Origin: Bdellovibrionales bacterium
GTDB taxonomy: Bacteria; Bdellovibrionota; Bdellovibrionia; Bdellovibrionales; UBA1609
Assembly: GCA_965199825.1 (NCBI GenBank)
Contig: OZ241329.1
Coordinates: 1,120,001-1,184,000, forward strand
Direction of reading: 5' to 3'
DNA: 64,000 nucleotides
Shown: positions 42,134 to 51,390 of the stretch, one piece after another
How positions within the stretch are numbered: position 1 is the stretch's first letter
Layout of the letters: every line of letters begins with the position of its first letter
Translations under genes and position numbers: made by a program
The notes under the pieces: model-generated
Database searches by the model: none
What the model saw: only the letters and a program-made list of their open reading frames with translations
Told to the model about the DNA's origin: nothing

Positions 42134-42552
42134 CGCCGTCATATCAGTTTTTGCTGAATATTCGCTTAGCTCTTGAAAATGGAGTGGCATTGCGGACCGC
42201 TTTGATTAACGAAACCAAAAGTAAATCGGATGAGTTCCATCAAGAGGTAAGGCGTTGGCTCGCTTTCGAAGATCAAGCGCAGTCGATGCCACTCAATCAA
42301 ATTACACCCAATGCCTATCGACGATGTTTATTTCAAATTTTATCGCAAGGCTTGCGGGGTCAACCGGTGCATGCGGCTCTGATCGAAATCGAGGAAGAGT
42401 GGGACGAGAGCTGTCGGGATGATGTCGAACGCCATTTACAAAAACTTCCGATACTGATGCTTTTGCCACTTTTGTTTTTGCAGTTTCCGGCATTTTTACT
42501 TTTGTTACTCGGTCCAATCATTGGGGATTTCCTCGAAAGTTTACATATATGA
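42121..42552 (+). CDS. Short TadC-like protein
   Basis: KLPILMLLPLLFLQFPAFLLLLLGP matches the TadC C-terminal pattern. Confidence 0.6.
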   Translation: MEGLAPSYQFLLNIRLALENGVALRTALINETKSKSDEFHQEVRRWLAFEDQAQSMPLNQITPNAYRRCLFQILSQGLRGQPVHAALIEIEEEWDESCRDDVERHLQKLPILMLLPLLFLQFPAFLLLLLGPIIGDFLESLHI

Positions 42553-42899
42553 AGTTCGTTGCTTTTTTATTATTAAAATTGGCGGTGGCGGGCGGTTTAT
42601 GCCAGCACCAGCTCGAAGATCGCGAAGTTCCGATTGCCTGTTTTGCCAAAATAAACAAAATCAAAAACCAGGAGCACCGCCAAATTTTTAGCGATATTTT
42701 AGAGCGGAGGTGTGCTGCGGCTGTAAATGAAGAATCGCGAGTTGAGCGGTTGGTGATCCTCGAAAAACATCCGATCTTATCGGCACAATGTCGAAAAGTG
42801 GTCTCAACAAGATTGCTAAAGATTATTTACCGCAACGAAGACGATGCCCCGGAGGAGATCGTAAAAGTCTTAAGCAATGACGGAACGCTATTTGAATAA
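42549..42899 (+). CDS. Small Cys-containing secreted protein
   Basis: Signal peptide, four Cys. Confidence 0.55.
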   Translation: MKFVAFLLLKLAVAGGLCQHQLEDREVPIACFAKINKIKNQEHRQIFSDILERRCAAAVNEESRVERLVILEKHPILSAQCRKVVSTRLLKIIYRNEDDAPEEIVKVLSNDGTLFE

Positions 42900-42908
42900 G
42901 ACAAAGTT

Positions 42909-44033
42909 GTGTCATCACCACTTTTACCCTCCACACAGTACGAAGTTCAGGATTATATCGGCCGCGGCCATTCGGCAGAGGTTTATCGCGCGATTCGGGT
43001 TGATCATTCTCTTGGTTTACAACAAACCGTGGCTCTTAAGATTCTTAACGATAAGACTCTTGTCGACGAGTTAAGACGCGAATTTGAGAGCTTAGCCCAA
43101 ATTAGGTCACGCTACTGCGTGCAGCTTTTTGGATTTGAGAATTGGCAAAATAGGCCAACGTTGGTGTTGGAATATGTTGACGGAGTCGATCTTGAAACAC
43201 TCCATCACGAGGGTCTTGAAGAATCTGAAATTACTGAGTTGCTGCGCCAAATTCAGTGCGGTCTTTTGGATTTAAGCGAGCAGGGTTTGTTTCATGGGGA
43301 TTTAAGCTTAAGAAATGTTTTGGTGGATAAATCGGGAACCGTTCGTCTCGTCGACTATGGTCACGCCAATTATTCCGAAGATCATATGTCTGTGACGGTT
43401 GATTATGTGGCGCCTGAAATTTTTAAAATGCAAAAACCAAATCTAAAAAGTGATTTGTTTTCGCTTGCGCGCCTCGAACAATTTTTGCGATTGAGCGGGT
43501 CGGCCACCGCAATTCTTTTTTATCAAAATTTAAATGAAGATCCTGAACAGCGAAAGCTTCTTCAACTCGAAGAAAATATGGCAGCACGAGAAAGCATAAA
43601 AAAACGGGTGCTCGAGATGAAGCTGCGACAACTTTCACGACGGGCATCCACGCTGCGCATTATCTTTGGTGCCTCAAACAAAACCAAAATAGTGCAGCAA
43701 CTCTCGATTGCGGCAATCGTCTGCCTGACTTTTATTTTGCCACAGAGTCAGTCGTCCACCATTCCACATCTTCAACACAAAATTGTGGCGCGACCCTTGG
43801 AGCCTGCTAAAAGCAAAATTGTTTTAGCTCAACCGGTAAACTTGTCGATTCGTACAAAAAATTGGATGCAGGTTGAAATCAACGGACAGAATTTAGGCTA
43901 TACACCAGTACTCACAAAGATTTCTCCTGGACCTATCCACATCCGTTGGCAGGGCGCTAAATCTCGCGGGCAAAGAACTTTGACTCTCCTTGAGGGACAA
44001 AATAAAGTTCTAAGCGATTCGTTCTTTCGCTAA
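42909..44033 (+). CDS. Hanks-type Ser/Thr kinase with C-terminal PEGA-like domain
   Basis: GRGHSAEVY, VALK, HGDLSLRN, DYG, APE, SDLFS; VEINGQNLGYTP. Confidence 0.85.
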   Translation: MSSPLLPSTQYEVQDYIGRGHSAEVYRAIRVDHSLGLQQTVALKILNDKTLVDELRREFESLAQIRSRYCVQLFGFENWQNRPTLVLEYVDGVDLETLHHEGLEESEITELLRQIQCGLLDLSEQGLFHGDLSLRNVLVDKSGTVRLVDYGHANYSEDHMSVTVDYVAPEIFKMQKPNLKSDLFSLARLEQFLRLSGSATAILFYQNLNEDPEQRKLLQLEENMAARESIKKRVLEMKLRQLSRRASTLRIIFGASNKTKIVQQLSIAAIVCLTFILPQSQSSTIPHLQHKIVARPLEPAKSKIVLAQPVNLSIRTKNWMQVEINGQNLGYTPVLTKISPGPIHIRWQGAKSRGQRTLTLLEGQNKVLSDSFFR

Positions 44034-44053
44034 AAAATATCCTTGGGGGGAAA

Positions 44054-44251
44054 ATGCCGGCAAAAGAAAGCTCTCGTATCGAGTCGCTCGAAGTCTTAGT
44101 TGATGAACTTTTAAAAGACTCACCTGAAGAAAATCTTGTTCGCCAAAAGATGGAACAGATTGGTCTCGAATATCAAACCGATCCGGTGATTCGACTCAAT
44201 GATGTACTCCAAGCGCTTCGAGTTCCTGCACCCAAATTTAAGGATCTTTAA
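44054..44251 (+). CDS. Small hypothetical protein
   Basis: G-rich RBS; directly upstream of the PLP enzyme. Confidence 0.6.
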   Translation: MPAKESSRIESLEVLVDELLKDSPEENLVRQKMEQIGLEYQTDPVIRLNDVLQALRVPAPKFKDL

Positions 44252-44253
44252 TA

Positions 44254-45420
44254 ATGAAAAAAAACGAATCGCTCGGATTTGAAACTCGGGCCATTCATGC
44301 GGGCCAACAACCTGATCCAACGACAGGTGCGATTATGACTCCTATTTATATGTCGTCGACATATGTGCAGCAGTCGCCGGGTCAGCATAAAGGTTATGAA
44401 TATTCTCGTACAAGCAATCCAACCCGACGCGCATTTGAAGATTGCATGGCCAGTCTCGAAGGCGGCGTGAGAGGTTTTGCTTTTGCCTCGGGTCTTGCGG
44501 CGACAACAACCGTGATGCATCTGCTGACCTCGGGCGATCATGTTGTTGCGGGCGATGATATGTACGGCGGTACATTTCGTTTGTTTGATAAAGTTTTAAA
44601 ACATCACGGTCTAGAATTTACTTATGCCGATTTGACTGTGCTTGATGAATTAAAAAAAGTGGTAAAACCAGAAACAAAACTGATCTGGCTTGAAACTCCC
44701 ACGAATCCCACCCTCAAGTTGGTCGACATTGCGGCGATTTGTGCTTTCGCTCGACCAAAAGGAATTTTGGTTGCGGTCGATAACACGTTCATGAGTCCGT
44801 ATTTTCAAAAACCACTGGAGCTCGGTGCCGATATTGTTGTGCACTCCACAACAAAATTCATCAATGGCCATAGCGATATTGTTGGCGGAATGGTTGTTAC
44901 GCGCACTCAAGATCTTGCAGAAAAGTTGGCTTTTTTAAGTAATGCAATGGGTGCGATCGGCTCTCCCATGGATGCTTTTTTTGGATTGAGAAGTTTAAAA
45001 ACATTGGCAGTTCGGATGCGCGCCCATCAAGAAAATGCCATGAAAGTCGCCGAATATCTCGAGCAACATTCTTCTGTCGAACGGGTTTTATATCCTGGGC
45101 TTAAAAGTCATCCCCAACATGAGCTTGCGGCAAAACAGATGAGCGGCTTTGGTGGGATGATCACATTTTTTATTCGTGGTGGATTGAGCGAAGCCAGAAC
45201 ATTTTTAGAAAACGTAAAACTTTTTGCCTTGGCCGAAAGCTTAGGTGGGGTCGAGTCCCTGATTGAGCATCCCGCAATCATGACACATGCGAGTGTTCCT
45301 GTAGCGATGCGCAAGAGTTTAGGGATTGATGACCAGTTGATTCGACTCAGTGTGGGGATAGAAAACGTTCGCGATCTCATTCATGACCTTGAGTTTGCTT
45401 TTACGAAGCGCCAAGGTTGA
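44254..45420 (+). CDS. Cystathionine gamma-synthase/gamma-lyase (Cys/Met PLP family)
   Basis: YSRTSNPT, ETPTNP, HSTTKFINGHSD, AESLGGVES. Confidence 0.93.
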   Translation: MKKNESLGFETRAIHAGQQPDPTTGAIMTPIYMSSTYVQQSPGQHKGYEYSRTSNPTRRAFEDCMASLEGGVRGFAFASGLAATTTVMHLLTSGDHVVAGDDMYGGTFRLFDKVLKHHGLEFTYADLTVLDELKKVVKPETKLIWLETPTNPTLKLVDIAAICAFARPKGILVAVDNTFMSPYFQKPLELGADIVVHSTTKFINGHSDIVGGMVVTRTQDLAEKLAFLSNAMGAIGSPMDAFFGLRSLKTLAVRMRAHQENAMKVAEYLEQHSSVERVLYPGLKSHPQHELAAKQMSGFGGMITFFIRGGLSEARTFLENVKLFALAESLGGVESLIEHPAIMTHASVPVAMRKSLGIDDQLIRLSVGIENVRDLIHDLEFAFTKRQG

Positions 45421-45466
45421 CAGCACGAAACTGGGTCGGTACTTCTGTGCGATCTTATTTCATTAA

Positions 45467-45542
<76 letters not shown>

Positions 45543-45547
45543 CTTCA

Positions 45548-46207
45548 TCACCCATTAAGTTTTAAAATTAGGTTTGAGCTGAGTTCGAGCTCACACGGAT
45601 TTTTTAATTTTTCTGCGAGGCCTTGCATTTGATAGCGCAGCCATTGCTTTTGTTTTTCGCTAAATAAGTTGGGGTTTGATTTGTTGAGGACACGAAATAA
45701 AACCTGATTCAATTTTCTTAAGCGTGCGGTGCGAATATCGAGTGAGCGTTCAAAATCGAAAGTCAGTTGGGTCGATTTGGTCAAATATTCCTCCGGCGCT
45801 ATTACATAAACCAAATATAAAAAGTGGGTGAGTGCTGCCATCGAGGAATATTCATCGGGTTCTTTTTCAATCACACGATCCAATAAAAAATTAATTTGGC
45901 GAATTCCTTGCGGCCCGTTGAGAATATAAACCGCATTGTCGGGCAGGAATGAATTTTCACCGTAGATAAACTTCCATTGGGCTTCAAAGGTGACACTGCT
46001 CGTGACTTTGACTTCAATAAATTCAATTTCAGCTACAAATGCAGAAGAGAGTGAGTTGAGTGTGGCTGAATTCAGCAAACCAACTCCTTGATTAAAACTT
46101 GCAATCGCATCGTGGGAGATATGTTCAAGTGTTGGGATATCAAACACCACTCGAATCTGTGAAGCCGAAGCTTCAAAGGCAAAAAAGAAAAAAATGAAAT
46201 ACTTCAC
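45548..46207 (-). CDS. Secreted hypothetical protein
   Basis: AGGAGA RBS, GTG start 46207, signal peptide (VKYFIFFFFAFEASA). Confidence 0.65.
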   Translation of the reverse strand: MKYFIFFFFAFEASASQIRVVFDIPTLEHISHDAIASFNQGVGLLNSATLNSLSSAFVAEIEFIEVKVTSSVTFEAQWKFIYGENSFLPDNAVYILNGPQGIRQINFLLDRVIEKEPDEYSSMAALTHFLYLVYVIAPEEYLTKSTQLTFDFERSLDIRTARLRKLNQVLFRVLNKSNPNLFSEKQKQWLRYQMQGLAEKLKNPCELELSSNLILKLNG

Positions 46208-46412
46208 GTCGTTTCTCCTTAGGGAGCTACGTTCCGTAGGGACTTGACCCAAGTCAAGATGTGGATGTGGCTGAAACAAGAATGAATAGGACTAATTTAT
46301 TCACAGGAAGTCTCAAGTTGAGGCCTTAAGATTGCAAACAATCCGACCATTAGGTTCGGCACCGCTTTAAAACTAAATTGACTGTGATTTGGGTCAAAAC
46401 CGGGAGGCAAAT

Positions 46413-46574
46413 ATGCACAATTTATTACTACCCACTTTAAATGCGGAGATTCTTTCATCCCTCCCAGACCACATCCAGAGCCGCACGGGATCTTCATCTG
46501 TTGTTTGGGTTATCGGATTTATCTTGGGAATGATTCTGTTGTCGGTGGTTTTGCCAAGATTAATGAGCCGTTAG
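46413..46574 (+). CDS. Small membrane protein
   Basis: GGGAGG RBS; C-terminal TM helix. Confidence 0.55.
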   Translation: MHNLLLPTLNAEILSSLPDHIQSRTGSSSVVWVIGFILGMILLSVVLPRLMSR

Positions 46575-46888
46575 TCGATGTTGTTGTCCTGATCCACACT
46601 GCTGACCTCGATATTTGGAATATTGAGATCGCTCTCTTCGCCTAAAATAAATCCTTCAAGCGGGGCTCGTTCATTCAGATCGCCAGTTTCTTCGGAATTT
46701 CTGGTTTGTATTCCTGCACCAGCTGAAACTTCCACAGCGGGAAGCTCAGATTCTTCGATTAAATCATGCTTCGTTTGCATTGATGGGAAAGCCGAAGTCA
46801 TGCCCTCTTTGCGACGATGCTGCGGAACCGATGGGTATTGCAAATCCAGTTTTTGTTGATTGCGACGGTCATTTTCGGTTGTGGGCAT
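46571..46888 (-). CDS. Acidic hypothetical protein
   Basis: 105-aa ORF directly downstream of the GST gene, with an AGGA RBS. Confidence 0.5.
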   Translation of the reverse strand: MPTTENDRRNQQKLDLQYPSVPQHRRKEGMTSAFPSMQTKHDLIEESELPAVEVSAGAGIQTRNSEETGDLNERAPLEGFILGEESDLNIPNIEVSSVDQDNNID

Positions 46889-46896
46889 AACAAATC

Positions 46897-47526
46897 CTAT
46901 TTTACAGTTTTGGCCAGTTCGTATGCTTTTTTAACTGCAGGTCGTTGTGCCATTGTCTCAAACCATCTTTTGATATTTGAGAAGTCCGAAAGTTTTTGGC
47001 CCAGCATTTCGTATGGAGCAATCCAAGGATAAATTGCCATATCAGCAATTGAGTAAGTGTCAGCCACAAACTCTCGATTTGCGAGTCGATCGTTAAGCAC
47101 TTTGAAAAGACGCGCGGTCTCATTGACGTAACGCTCGATCGCATAAGGAACTTTTTCGGGAGCATGCTTTGAGAAATGAGAATTTTGTCCAGCCATAGGA
47201 CCTAAGCCCGCGACTTGCCAAAATAACCATTCTGAAACAGCAACTTTACCGCGATCATCGTGGGGAACAAATTTTTTGGCTTTTTCGGCAAGATACCAAA
47301 GGATTGCACCCGACTCGAACATCGAAATCGGACCTTTTTTATCTGCAGGTTCGTGATCAACTATCGCAGGCATTTTATTGTTGGGCGAGATCTTTAGGAA
47401 TTCCGACTTAAACTGCTCTTTGGCATTAATGTTTACCGGATGAAGCTTGTAAGGAAGTTGGGCTTCTTCGAGGAAAATTGTGATTTTGTGTCCGTTCGGA
47501 GTGGGCCAGTAGTATAAATCAATCAT
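46897..47526 (-). CDS. Glutathione S-transferase / GSH-dependent oxidoreductase (YfcG-like)
   Basis: MIDLYYWPTPNGHK, SPNNKMPAI, FESGAIL, SIADMAIYPW. Confidence 0.92.
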   Translation of the reverse strand: MIDLYYWPTPNGHKITIFLEEAQLPYKLHPVNINAKEQFKSEFLKISPNNKMPAIVDHEPADKKGPISMFESGAILWYLAEKAKKFVPHDDRGKVAVSEWLFWQVAGLGPMAGQNSHFSKHAPEKVPYAIERYVNETARLFKVLNDRLANREFVADTYSIADMAIYPWIAPYEMLGQKLSDFSNIKRWFETMAQRPAVKKAYELAKTVK

Positions 47527-47581
47527 AATGGCCGCAGCGTACATCCGTGCGGCCAAAATATAAAACATTTTTTTTAAAGGA

Positions 47582-48358
47582 CTAGTGGGTACTCAAAATT
47601 TCCTTATTGGTTTCGCGTACGATCGAGCCACCCTCTAAGCTTACAGTCTGATGTGAATAAATCGTAGCCTCTTGACTGCATGGAAAAAGAGTTGAAGCCG
47701 AGCTGTCAGTCAAAATGTTCACATCAACAACAGATAAAGTTTGTTGTGAGCAGTTGGACCGCGCGCCATAACGCTTGATGATTCGATTTGCTGGAATCAG
47801 TTTACCCGAATCTGTCGAAAAAAATCCGCTCTCGATTGTTTGGTTGACTGCAGTTGTCATGTTTAAATCACAGGGAGATGAAGGGATTGGCGCATCAGTT
47901 TCACCGTAAGTTTCAAAGTGATTGCCAGCCGCATCTCTAAAAAATTCGGTTTTACTTCGGATTGGATGTGGCCAGATGTCCTCTTTGGTATATTTGTCGT
48001 AGCTTGTCTTACTATCCGCAGACCGAGTGATTACGATCAGCCCTTTGGTCGTTTGATGAATTGGATTTTGACCCTCATAGTTCTCATGAAGCTCACGAAT
48101 ATAGATAAACTTTTTTTGTTTTGTAAGACAGCTCACAAAATCTTCAGGTCTTTTTAGTAGAAGCTGATCTTGCAAGAAATCTTCTAGAGATTGAAAGACC
48201 TTTACCGATCTATCAGGATTAAATCGATCATCATGAAAAGTGGTTTGGTGATATCCACCCAGCGATTCATCGAATGAGCCACCTGATGGATGATCAATAA
48301 AAGTTTTTTTCTCACAACCAAAAGAAAGCAATAATAAGAGCGGGAGCCATTTGTTCAT
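47582..48358 (-). CDS. Hypothetical lipoprotein
   Basis: Lipobox LLSFGC. Confidence 0.65.
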   Translation of the reverse strand: MNKWLPLLLLLSFGCEKKTFIDHPSGGSFDESLGGYHQTTFHDDRFNPDRSVKVFQSLEDFLQDQLLLKRPEDFVSCLTKQKKFIYIRELHENYEGQNPIHQTTKGLIVITRSADSKTSYDKYTKEDIWPHPIRSKTEFFRDAAGNHFETYGETDAPIPSSPCDLNMTTAVNQTIESGFFSTDSGKLIPANRIIKRYGARSNCSQQTLSVVDVNILTDSSASTLFPCSQEATIYSHQTVSLEGGSIVRETNKEILSTH

Positions 48359-48456
48359 ATAAGAGTCCTTTCTTTAACGAACAACAGAACTCACTCCAAG
48401 ACTGATGCCGAGGCGGTAGGTCCGTTTAATGCCTTAATAGGAATGAAGATATGAAA

Positions 48457-49377
48457 TTAGGTGTGGGCCGATGACAATTTTTGGCTGCAGATGCGGGTCT
48501 TAAAGAGCAACATCGAGAGACCAACAAGCACAAGAGCAGTCGCAAATAAAAAACGTAAGGTGACGGGCTCGTTTGCAAGCCCCCATCCTAATCCCACTGC
48601 AATCACCGGATTTACCAATGTGTAAGTGCTCAAAGCGTGAGGCTCAACACTGCGACCCAAGAACGAAAAAGCACCAAACGCAACAACAGACCCAAAAATA
48701 GTCAGATAGGCCCATGCCCAAAATGAAGTTGAGCTGACTTGAGAAATCTGAAACCCAAAAATTTCGCCCGTGGTGATGGCAATCAGCATCACAACAAGTC
48801 CACCAAAAAAAAGTTGGGCGCCGGCATAGCTAAATGGACTTTTTGTTTTAGCAATTTTACGTTGAAGATGAATTCCAGTAGCCCACAACCAACTCGACGC
48901 CAAAACCAGAAACACTGCAAACTGTTCAGCACCCGCATTTGTTTGCTGTTCAGAGGCAATGAACGCCACACCAACAAGTCCGATCAGTGCACCCAAAATT
49001 TTCCTGGGTCCTGGCCAACTTTCGCCAAAAAAAAGTGGACCAAACATCATCACCCAAATCGGCATGGCGCCGATAATCACTGCGGCAATTCCTGAGGAAA
49101 CCCATTTTTCGCTGTAGGTCACCGTGGCATTTGCAATCATCAGCAGTGCGCCGCTTAAAAATGAATATTTGATTTCGGATTTCGAGAGTTGAGGTTCTTT
49201 AAAATAGCGGCCAATGCCCGCCATGATCAATCCTGCCAACAAGACTCGGGTTGCGGCCATGGTCCAAGGTGGGATGGTTTCGATCGCAAAACGAATCCCG
49301 AGATAGGTCGATCCCCAAACAACATAAACCGCAAAAAAGGCGAAAATATACTTTGGCTTCAAGAAGTTTGCATACAA
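48457..49377 (-). CDS. EamA/DMT transporter (YedA-like)
   Basis: VYVVWGSTYLGIR, VNPVIAV; ~10 TMs. Confidence 0.9.
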   Translation of the reverse strand: MYANFLKPKYIFAFFAVYVVWGSTYLGIRFAIETIPPWTMAATRVLLAGLIMAGIGRYFKEPQLSKSEIKYSFLSGALLMIANATVTYSEKWVSSGIAAVIIGAMPIWVMMFGPLFFGESWPGPRKILGALIGLVGVAFIASEQQTNAGAEQFAVFLVLASSWLWATGIHLQRKIAKTKSPFSYAGAQLFFGGLVVMLIAITTGEIFGFQISQVSSTSFWAWAYLTIFGSVVAFGAFSFLGRSVEPHALSTYTLVNPVIAVGLGWGLANEPVTLRFLFATALVLVGLSMLLFKTRICSQKLSSAHT

Positions 49378-49442
49378 GCTTGCATCGTTTTAGCCAAGGA
49401 ATTAAACCGGAGAACGAATACCAATTTGATGAAGGATTAAAA

Positions 49443-49895
49443 ATGAAATCAGTAACCGAATTTTGGAGTTTTAATTTGGCCAAAGGCTTAACCGCTAAGG
49501 AAGCTTTGGCTGCAGAAGGTAAATCGCCTGAAGAGATTCAAACCAGCATTGGCGAAAAATTTAAAATGGAAGGCGATAAACTAAAGCACTTTGTAAATGC
49601 GCTTGAAGTTGTGAGCCAAAATCCCGAAGGACTCAGCCGTGTGCTTGTTGTTGGTTTGGCTGAAGGCGAAAAAGTGCCGCTAAAATCGGTACAAGTTGAA
49701 GAATTTTATTATGTGCCTGAGTTCACAATTGCTCCTAAAGCTGTTGTTGGAAAAATTGATCGCAAAAATCAAGACAAAGGCAAAAAAGGTAAGGGCGGCC
49801 CCAAAGAATCTCCATGGGGACTTTCACCTGAGCAAAAGGCTGCTAAAAAAGGACCTCGTAAAGCAGAGGCACCTGCAACTCCTGAGAAAAAATAA
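49443..49895 (+). CDS. Hypothetical protein with Lys-rich tail
   Basis: AAGGA RBS before ATG 49443; followed by a terminator. Confidence 0.7.
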   Translation: MKSVTEFWSFNLAKGLTAKEALAAEGKSPEEIQTSIGEKFKMEGDKLKHFVNALEVVSQNPEGLSRVLVVGLAEGEKVPLKSVQVEEFYYVPEFTIAPKAVVGKIDRKNQDKGKKGKGGPKESPWGLSPEQKAAKKGPRKAEAPATPEKK

Positions 49896-49916
49896 GCTGA
49901 CGTACAGCGATCATTT

Positions 49917-49943
49917 GAGGCCCCGTTTTTTAGCGGGGTCTTT
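49917..49943 (+). terminator. Hairpin terminator between convergent genes
   Basis: GGCCCCG/CGGGGTC stem. Confidence 0.6.
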
Positions 49944-50041
49944 GGGCGGACTTCAAGGTTTGCTTAATCATCCGTAATCTCTGAATCCAACGACGATCGT
50001 TTGCAAATTGCATAAAGTTTTGCCCCAAAGTTTGGCGGCAT

Positions 50042-50848
50042 TCAATGTCGATGATGGGCACGATGATGACCCGAACACAAAATCGTCAGATTCTCGATTT
50101 CATCTGTACCACCCTGTGATTTTGGATGTTGATGATGGATATCAAGATGTCTTTGCTGCGTGCATCTTTCACCATTTTCATCGATGTGGGTACATTGGCC
50201 GTCATACTTTTGATGGAGCTTACGTTTGATGGTGATTTTCGAAGTGCTTTTGGGCGGGCACGATTTTTTGAGCGGATCCAATTTCTCAAGTAATAGCTGA
50301 GTGGCGTGATCGTGGACATCTTGAATAGAGGCGGCTCGTTTTAGTTTTTGACTTAAAAGATCTTGGGCTCTTTGAATCTCTTTAAATTTTTCTTCGCTCA
50401 CCGCATAGGTGATTTGGATCAGAATTGTTTCGCCCACCTGTTTGTATCGTGCCCGCTCGGGAATTGCTTTTTCGGGATGGGCTTTGGCGATTTGTTTTTC
50501 TAAATTTCTTTTTGTGCCCTTGGCATGGTCGCACCATTCGAGAACATTGTCTGAAGTGATGATACTTGCGATGCGGTTAATTTTAGAAACAGAAAGTTCG
50601 CCCGTTTCCATTTGGGTTTTAAGTTCAGGAACTTCAGTAAATTTCTTTGCGAGCTTATTAAAGATGCTTGCCAGTTCCTCTGACATTTTGAGCTGCTTGG
50701 TTGAATACTCAAAAAGCGAATGACAGCCAAATTTATAATAGCTTCTGTTGCGCCACACTTGCTCTAAAGCATTCAACAATTCCATTTCGGTTTTGCGATG
50801 ATTCTTTGCTGCGATCACTGCGGTTTCGTGGATTTTTTGGTGACTCAT
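50042..50848 (-). CDS. HNH endonuclease with helical N-terminal domain (copy 2)
   Basis: QCTH...RC..RHLDIHHQHPKSQGGTDEIENLTILCSGHH; AGGAGATATTT RBS shared with copy 1. Confidence 0.9.
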   Translation of the reverse strand: MSHQKIHETAVIAAKNHRKTEMELLNALEQVWRNRSYYKFGCHSLFEYSTKQLKMSEELASIFNKLAKKFTEVPELKTQMETGELSVSKINRIASIITSDNVLEWCDHAKGTKRNLEKQIAKAHPEKAIPERARYKQVGETILIQITYAVSEEKFKEIQRAQDLLSQKLKRAASIQDVHDHATQLLLEKLDPLKKSCPPKSTSKITIKRKLHQKYDGQCTHIDENGERCTQQRHLDIHHQHPKSQGGTDEIENLTILCSGHHRAHHRH

Positions 50849-51060
50849 TAAATATCTCCTATTTACTGAGTTAAATATAACATGAGTTTTTTTAAGAGCA
50901 TTTTTGATAGGACTCGACTGTTTGTGGAGATCAAGTTTTTGCTGGAGAGTTTGGCTTAAGGTGCGTTTGTGAAGTGCGTGTGTTTCAAAAAGAATCGGAT
51001 GTTTTCAAAAACAAATCCTTGGGCATTTTAAGACACCTAAATTTGCGTCAATATTTTTTT

Positions 51061-51260
51061 TGGGCGGGCACGATAATTTGTTTACCTCATCCGCGGTAGG
51101 CACGAACACTTATCTACCGCTATGGGCGGGCACGACGAATTATGAATCCATCCTGGGCGGGCACGATACTTTCGCAGCCTCATTGGGCGGGCACGACAAT
51201 CCACAACCCCCACTCGAAGCGGGAACGACAATGCACAACCCCCACTCGAAGCGGGCACGA
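51061..51260 (+). repeat. Array of seven short GGGCACGA-type direct repeats with variable spacers (array 2)
   Basis: Core at 51066, 51098 (AGGCACGA), 51128, 51159, 51189, 51221 (GGGAACGA), 51253; spacings 32, 30, 31, 30, 32, 32. Confidence 0.9.
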
Positions 51261-51361
51261 CAATCTAAAAATCCAACCCAATACTGCAACAACAGCCGGC
51301 TCTGGCGAAGGGGCCCAAATAGTCACTTTCAAAAATCATCTAGATCCTGATTGCTCTGATC

Positions 51362-51377
51362 GGGCATTCGACTTGCT
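51362..51377 (+). promoter_or_regulatory. Putative sigma54 (-24/-12) promoter
   Basis: GGGCAT-TCGAC-TTGCT with correct spacing. Confidence 0.55.
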
Positions 51378-51390
51378 CATAAGCTTGTTG

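Noticed and set aside
51061..51260. Calling the arrays CRISPR
   Set aside because: Repeats are only 8-13 bp and non-palindromic, some spacers are related to each other, and there are no cas genes in the window. Reported as repeats instead.
51060..51390. ORF 51060..51350 and the 83-aa N-terminal extension of the hydrolase ORF
   Set aside because: Both are read-through translations of array 2 (GGHD/WAGT). The signal peptide starts at GTG 51391.
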